Positions 7,087 through 10,472 of a DNA stretch of 10,472 nucleotides are shown here, in pieces. Location of the stretch: positions 1 through 10,472 of the forward strand of contig JAGVXK010000012.1 in NCBI GenBank assembly GCA_018303825.1, written 5' to 3'. A program made the position numbers and the translations under genes. The notes under the pieces were generated by a model. That model did not search any database, had not been told where the DNA came from, and saw nothing but the letters and a program-made list of their open reading frames with translations. This DNA comes from Candidatus Pacearchaeota archaeon. Lineage in GTDB: Archaea; Nanobdellota; Nanobdellia; Pacearchaeales; GW2011-AR1. Positions within the stretch are counted from its first letter, which is position 1. The number at the start of each line of letters is the position of its first letter.

Positions 7087-7304
7087 TCTATTATCGTCGA
7101 TAAAATAGGAATTGTTAATATCTAGTGTCTTTATTTTATAATGTTTATTCTTCATAACACCACCATAGTTTGCTGCAAGGATAAAGCAAGGCAGGATTAA
7201 AGTATTTACTGGTATAAGAAACACCAAAACAGGCATTTATAAGAATATTTTTTTAATTCAACTTGTTTATCGTAGATATTTCGAGGTTTATCATCTTTTA
7301 ATTT

Positions 7305-7327
7305 AACAGAAGCGCGTTCTGTTTTTT
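7305..7327 (+). terminator. Hairpin AACAGAA-GCGCG-TTCTGTT followed by a T-tract
   Basis: 7-bp perfect stem with a 5-nt loop; six T after the G at 7321. Confidence 0.45.
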
Positions 7328-7416
7328 ACATCCAAAAGGCAGATAAATATATGGGCTTGTCCTCAATAATATTTAATAACATAGCCTTTTTATCTGCTTA
7401 GAGGAAAGATGACAAA

Positions 7417-7435
7417 TAAGATTTATGAAATCTTA
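7417..7435. promoter_or_regulatory. Perfect palindrome TAAGATTT-ATG-AAATCTTA overlapping the putative TATA box of the 125-aa gene
   Basis: 8-bp arms with a 3-nt spacer; TTTATG lies about 40 nt upstream of the start codon. Confidence 0.55.
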
Positions 7436-7453
7436 AGAAAGCAAGGTTTTACC

Positions 7454-7459
7454 GGAGGT
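7454..7459 (+). promoter_or_regulatory. Shine-Dalgarno GGAGGT
   Basis: Ends 5 nt upstream of ATG 7465. Confidence 0.75.
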
Positions 7460-7464
7460 AAGAG

Positions 7465-7842
7465 ATGATAAAATTAGCAATAAAGGGCGTTGGCTATAAC
7501 ACTGTATTTTTGAGGGAGGCAGTATTAAATGCAGATACTGGAAAGCCAGTCCCTGTTTCCACCACTATGATAAGACTTGAACAGCTTGTTGTTGTGGACA
7601 AGAAAATTGTGAAGACACAGGATTTCAAGAAGGCTCAGTTTCCATCTTCAAAATATGATAAACCTGTTTATGAATCATTTATTGTTGCAATTAATGAAGG
7701 AAACAAAATAGGTGCAGATTATGTAGTTGTCGATAGGTGGAAAGTTATTAAGCCTTCAGGCCTTCTGACTAAAATTTTTCCAAAAAGATTTGAGAAGTTT
7801 TATGTTGAGGCTTATGCAACGTATTACAAGAAGAAAAAATAA
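7465..7842 (+). CDS. Hypothetical protein (125 aa); C-terminal half weakly resembles a YbjQ/UPF0145-like alpha/beta fold
   Basis: Strong SD and normal codon usage support a real gene. AINEGNKIGADYVVV...FYVEAYATYY resembles the A-x3-GAD-x-V...V-x-A-x-GTA pattern, but the similarity is weak. Confidence 0.8.
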   Translation: MIKLAIKGVGYNTVFLREAVLNADTGKPVPVSTTMIRLEQLVVVDKKIVKTQDFKKAQFPSSKYDKPVYESFIVAINEGNKIGADYVVVDRWKVIKPSGLLTKIFPKRFEKFYVEAYATYYKKKK

Positions 7843-7849
7843 GGTTCTG

Positions 7850-7939
7850 TTAAATTAAAAAGTAATAGCTAATTTCATCATCGATATTTTGTGATAATAT
7901 TTTGGACGAACTTTGGTATTTTATCTTCGTAATTCCCAT
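7850..7939 (-). CDS. Candidate small protein (29 aa, MGITKIKYQSSSKILSQNIDDEISYYFLI)
   Basis: Minus-strand SD GGTGA (7945-7949) lies 5 nt before the ATG, and AGATTTATATA (7979-7989, identical to the giant-gene TATA 11-mer) lies upstream. Very short, no homology recognised. Confidence 0.3.
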   Translation of the reverse strand: MGITKIKYQSSSKILSQNIDDEISYYFLI

Positions 7940-8082
7940 ATTTATCACCTGTTGACCTAGCAAGCAAAAATAAAAAGATATATAAATCTAGTAGTTTCCA
8001 AAATAATATGACTAGTAAATGGAGTTTCCGGCATTGAACCTTTTCTTAGTTGTTACTCTGAATCTTTTGCTATCAATAAACC

Positions 8083-8127
8083 TTTTATATCCTTTATTTC
8101 TAGTTTATCTATGATTGTCAATGGAGG
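8083..8127 (+). promoter_or_regulatory. hisS TATA box (TTTTATAT, 8083-8090) and Shine-Dalgarno (GGAGG, 8123-8127)
   Basis: Context CTTTTATA(T)CCTTT is shared with the tRNA promoter; SD ends 6 nt before ATG 8134. Confidence 0.65.
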
Positions 8128-8133
8128 CACAAG

Positions 8134-9354
8134 ATGAATATTGAAGTGGAAAATGTAAAAGGGTTCCAGGACTTTCTTCCGCCGGAAAGCTTGAAAAGGG
8201 ACGCTGTGAGAAAGGTAGTTGAAAAATATTTTAAATTGTATGGCTTTTCTCCAATAGAAACACCAATAGTTGAATTTGATGAATTAATGAAAGGAGATAA
8301 CCTTGATGAAGAGGATGGGGCAGTATCAGACAGATTTAGATTGAAGGACAGAGGAGGAAGAAACCTTGGTTTAAGGTATGAGTTTACGTTCCAATTGGCA
8401 AGAATTCTAAAGCAAAATCCCAACTTGAAATTGCCCTTTAGAAGGTATCAGATAGGGGAGAACTTCAGGGATGAACCAATTGGACTTGGGAGATTCAGGC
8501 AGTTTGTGCAGTGCGATGCAGATATTGTAGGAGATTCGAGTATTGAAGGCGAGGCGGAGATTTTGGCAATGTTCTTCGATATACTAAAAGAATTAAAGAT
8601 AGAAGCGGAAATAACTGTAAACAACAGGAAATTATTGAATGCTATTATCGAGTCTGTGCAGATTAATGACAAGAAGAATATAATGAAGGAAATTGATAAG
8701 CTGGAAAAGATAGGAGAGGATAATGTGAAGGCGAATCTTAAAAAGTATGCAGATGGAAACCAAGTTCTTACTCTCTTTAAATTAATGGAAAAACCTATTG
8801 AGTTCTTCATAGAGAATAAATTTGATGGAGCTAATGAATTGGAGGATTTGTTTGACTTGTGCAAGAAATATAGTTTGAAATTAAGATTTAATCCTTATAT
8901 GGTTCGTGGCTTTGGTTATTATACTGGAAATATTATTGAGATTGTCAGGGAGGGAACAAAGGGAAGCTTGGCTGGAGGAGGGAGATATGACAAAGTTGTT
9001 GGGAAGTATGTAGGAAAGGAAGTTCCGGCTTTTGGCTTGTCTTTTGGATTAGAAAGAATATGCGAATTTGCAAAGGTTAAAATAGAAAATATTCCTGAAG
9101 TTATGGTAATTTCAATAGAAGAAGATAATGAAGCAGTTAAATTGGTAAGAAAATTAAGGAAAGAGAAAATTTCCTGCGTAAAAACAAATGAAAAAGTTGG
9201 GAAGTCGATGGAATATGCAAATTCCTACGGAATTCAATATGTAATTCTTCTTGGAAATGATGAAGTAAAGCAGGGAAAATACAAGTTGAAGGATATGAAT
9301 TCTGGGGAAGAAAAGCTTCTTTCTGAAGCCCAGTTGATAAATGTTTTGAAATAA
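8134..9354 (+). CDS. hisS: Histidine--tRNA ligase (class II aaRS, 406 aa)
   Basis: N-terminal VKGFQDFLP, LRYEFT, motif 2 YQIGENFRDE...GRFRQFVQCDADIVG, His-binding loops MVRGFGYYTG and GGGRYD, motif 3 FGLSFGLERI, C-terminal anticodon-binding domain. Confidence 0.97.
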   Translation: MNIEVENVKGFQDFLPPESLKRDAVRKVVEKYFKLYGFSPIETPIVEFDELMKGDNLDEEDGAVSDRFRLKDRGGRNLGLRYEFTFQLARILKQNPNLKLPFRRYQIGENFRDEPIGLGRFRQFVQCDADIVGDSSIEGEAEILAMFFDILKELKIEAEITVNNRKLLNAIIESVQINDKKNIMKEIDKLEKIGEDNVKANLKKYADGNQVLTLFKLMEKPIEFFIENKFDGANELEDLFDLCKKYSLKLRFNPYMVRGFGYYTGNIIEIVREGTKGSLAGGGRYDKVVGKYVGKEVPAFGLSFGLERICEFAKVKIENIPEVMVISIEEDNEAVKLVRKLRKEKISCVKTNEKVGKSMEYANSYGIQYVILLGNDEVKQGKYKLKDMNSGEEKLLSEAQLINVLK

Positions 9355-9434
9355 ATTTACTTTTTCTTTACTACTTCTGACAACTCTTTTGAGGTACATT
9401 GTAACGTAAGCGGGAGTTATTGAACTCAAAAAAA

Positions 9435-9578
9435 TTATTTCTTCTTTCTGGCTGGTTTGTCCCAATAAGCAGATTTACAATTTGGACATAAAATAGGATA
9501 TTCTTTTTTTCTTGGTATCCACTCATGGTTACATCTTTCACATTTATACCCTTTAACTTCTATTTTTATTTCTGCCAT
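9435..9578 (-). CDS. Small zinc-finger/zinc-ribbon protein (47 aa, MAEIKIEVKGYKCERCNHEWIPRKKEYPILCPNCKSAYWDKPARKKK)
   Basis: CxxC-x14-CPxC with HEW and YWD motifs. TATA TTTATAAA lies 23 nt upstream and a T7 tract follows the stop. Below the ORF-track length cutoff. Confidence 0.85.
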   Translation of the reverse strand: MAEIKIEVKGYKCERCNHEWIPRKKEYPILCPNCKSAYWDKPARKKK

Positions 9579-9600
9579 ATCTAAATATAGAGGTTTATTC

Positions 9601-9608
9601 TTTATAAA
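9601..9608 (-). promoter_or_regulatory. TATA box TTTATAAA for the zinc-finger gene (probably leaderless mRNA)
   Basis: Preceded on the minus strand by purine-rich AAAAAGTAAG; the spacing puts the TSS at about the ATG (9578). Confidence 0.6.
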
Positions 9609-9756
9609 ACTTACTTTTTAGAGTATTAACTATATAGTTGCTAATTAACTAAAGAAACATTTATATCGTTTAACTTACTTATATAATTAGTAATTAGTTA
9701 AGTAAATATAAAGAGGGCATAAAACCCTCTAGATTCCAAATCGGCTACCAACCAAA

Positions 9757-10472
9757 ATGAAATCCAAAGATATAATTCAGCAGAAGTATAAAAATGTAAT
9801 CTGTCTTAAATGTAATTCTAACCAAACTAAAAAAGATGGCAAAAGAAAAACGCAGAACAGAGGAAAGATACAAAGATATCGCTGTAAGGAATGTAACTTC
9901 AGGTTTGTTATAGATGAGGGCTTTTATCGAATGAGAAATAACGAGAACAAAATTACTGCTGGAATTGATTTGTATTATAAAGGAGTTTCTTTAAGAAAAG
10001 TGCAGGAACATTTTCAAGCTTTTTATTCTCATAATTCAAGTCACATGTCAGTTTACAGATGGATTGTAAAATATGCTACAATGGTCAGTAACTTAATTGA
10101 TAATATTCCAATAAAATGTGGAAAAGAAATGCAAAGCGATGAAATGGAATATTATAGAAGAAAAAGCAAATATCAAAAAGGTAAAGAACAAAATTGGTTT
10201 GTTGATACTTTTGATGTAGAAACTAAGTTTATGGTGACAGGCGAATATATGAGAAGTAGAACTAATGAGAATTTAATTAAAGTTATGAAGAGAGCAAAAT
10301 TTAAGACAGGAGAACAGGTTGAGATTGTTACAACAGATGGTTTAAGAGGGTATCCAAGAGTGTTAAGGAAAGCTTTTAGTTTACAATCTCCTTATCATGC
10401 TTCTTCAAGAACTAAAAGCAAGATAATTCATAATGTTGTAATAGCAGATGAAAGAGGTTTTAATTATCCTAT
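9757..10472 (+). CDS. tnp: IS6-like DDE transposase with N-terminal Zn ribbon and HTH; 3' truncated by the window (238 codons visible, no stop)
   Basis: MKSKDIIQQKYKNVICLKCNSNQTKKDGKRKTQNRGKIQRYRCKECNF (IS1 InsA-like Zn ribbon), GVSLRKVQ...SHMSVYRWIVKY (IS6-type HTH), catalytic QSDEM (D at 10138) and VTTDG (D at 10336). The third acidic residue is expected just beyond the window. Confidence 0.9.
   Translation, partial: MKSKDIIQQKYKNVICLKCNSNQTKKDGKRKTQNRGKIQRYRCKECNFRFVIDEGFYRMRNNENKITAGIDLYYKGVSLRKVQEHFQAFYSHNSSHMSVYRWIVKYATMVSNLIDNIPIKCGKEMQSDEMEYYRRKSKYQKGKEQNWFVDTFDVETKFMVTGEYMRSRTNENLIKVMKRAKFKTGEQVEIVTTDGLRGYPRVLRKAFSLQSPYHASSRTKSKIIHNVVIADERGFNYP

Larger units (their letters stand above)
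7296..7860. mobile_element. Putative gene cassette inserted in a palindromic site: 16-bp perfect inverted repeat (7296-7311 / 7845-7860) and 8-bp direct repeat GTTCTGTT (7316-7323 / 7844-7851)
   Basis: TTTTAATTTAACAGAA and TTCTGTTAAATTAAAA are exact reverse complements. Removing 7324-7851 gives TTTTAATTTAACAGAA-GCGCG-TTCTGTTAAATTAAAA. The repeats are observed; mobility is inferred. Confidence 0.5.
9393..10472 (+). mobile_element. IS6-like insertion element with a divergent passenger gene; right end lies outside the window
   Basis: Contains a DDE transposase. The candidate left terminus GGTACATTGTAACG (9393-9406) resembles IS6-family ends (IS26 GGCACTGTTGCAAA). The left boundary is inferred; the partner IR cannot be seen. 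Confidence 0.65.

Noticed and set aside
7045-7236. 63-aa minus-strand ORF
   Set aside because: Overlaps the giant gene's 3' end by 42 nt, has no SD and no recognisable motif.
7301-7855. Canonical integron attC site (ATTTAAC = RYYYAAC, GTTAAAT = GTTRRRY)
   Set aside because: The boxes lie next to the loop of the rebuilt hairpin rather than at its base, there are no L boxes or extrahelical bases, and there is no cassette array or IntI.
7843-7856. GGTTCTGTT as a stand-alone IS6 terminal inverted repeat (similar to the IS257/ISS1 start)
   Set aside because: No inward-facing partner or transposase remnant to its right; better explained as the arm of the split palindrome.
8008-8037. 9-codon + strand ORF (MTSKWSFRH) at leaderless distance from a TATA-like element
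   Set aside because: Too short to distinguish from chance.
7200-8130. Protein-like minus-strand fragments in both intergenic regions (for example IIDKLEIKDIKGLLIAK, YGNYEDKIPKFVQNIITKYR, RASVKLKDDKPRNIYDKQVELKK) as one decayed gene split by the cassette
   Set aside because: Joining them needs several stops and a frameshift, and no family is recognisable. A tblastx search would be needed to revive the idea.
8118-9465. Minus-strand ORFs 8118..8423, 8448..8864 and 9154..9465
   Set aside because: Antisense to hisS. The SSIT...Y stretch in the last one only superficially resembles a tyrosine-recombinase C-terminus and lacks the HxxR and H/W-GH motifs.

Overview
AT-rich archaeal window, most likely from a DPANN lineage such as Pacearchaeota or Woesearchaeota. 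This is inferred from TATA-box promoters, a CCA-less tRNA, the HisRS type and a sequon-rich surface protein. Left to right: the 3' end of a truncated gene, a small hypothetical gene, a rhomboid protease (- strand), tRNA-His(GUG), a 1930-aa type I membrane-anchored Cys/Trp-rich repeat surface protein, a 125-aa hypothetical gene, histidyl-tRNA synthetase (hisS), and the left part of an IS6-like element. The IS carries a divergent 47-aa zinc-finger gene and a Zn-ribbon/HTH/DDE transposase; both are absent from the supplied ORF track. Three observations stand out. (1) The 125-aa gene looks like a cassette inserted into a palindrome: it is flanked by a perfect 16-bp inverted repeat and an 8-bp direct repeat, and excising it rebuilds a perfect 37-bp hairpin whose arms resemble a XerD/dif arm. 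(2) tRNA-His has a non-canonical G-1:U73 pair, and the nearby HisRS lacks the motif-2-loop Gln linked to C73 recognition, suggesting co-variation. (3) The giant surface protein is built from about 25 copies of a 4-Cys/Trp module that I cannot assign to a known family. All counts and alignments were done by hand.
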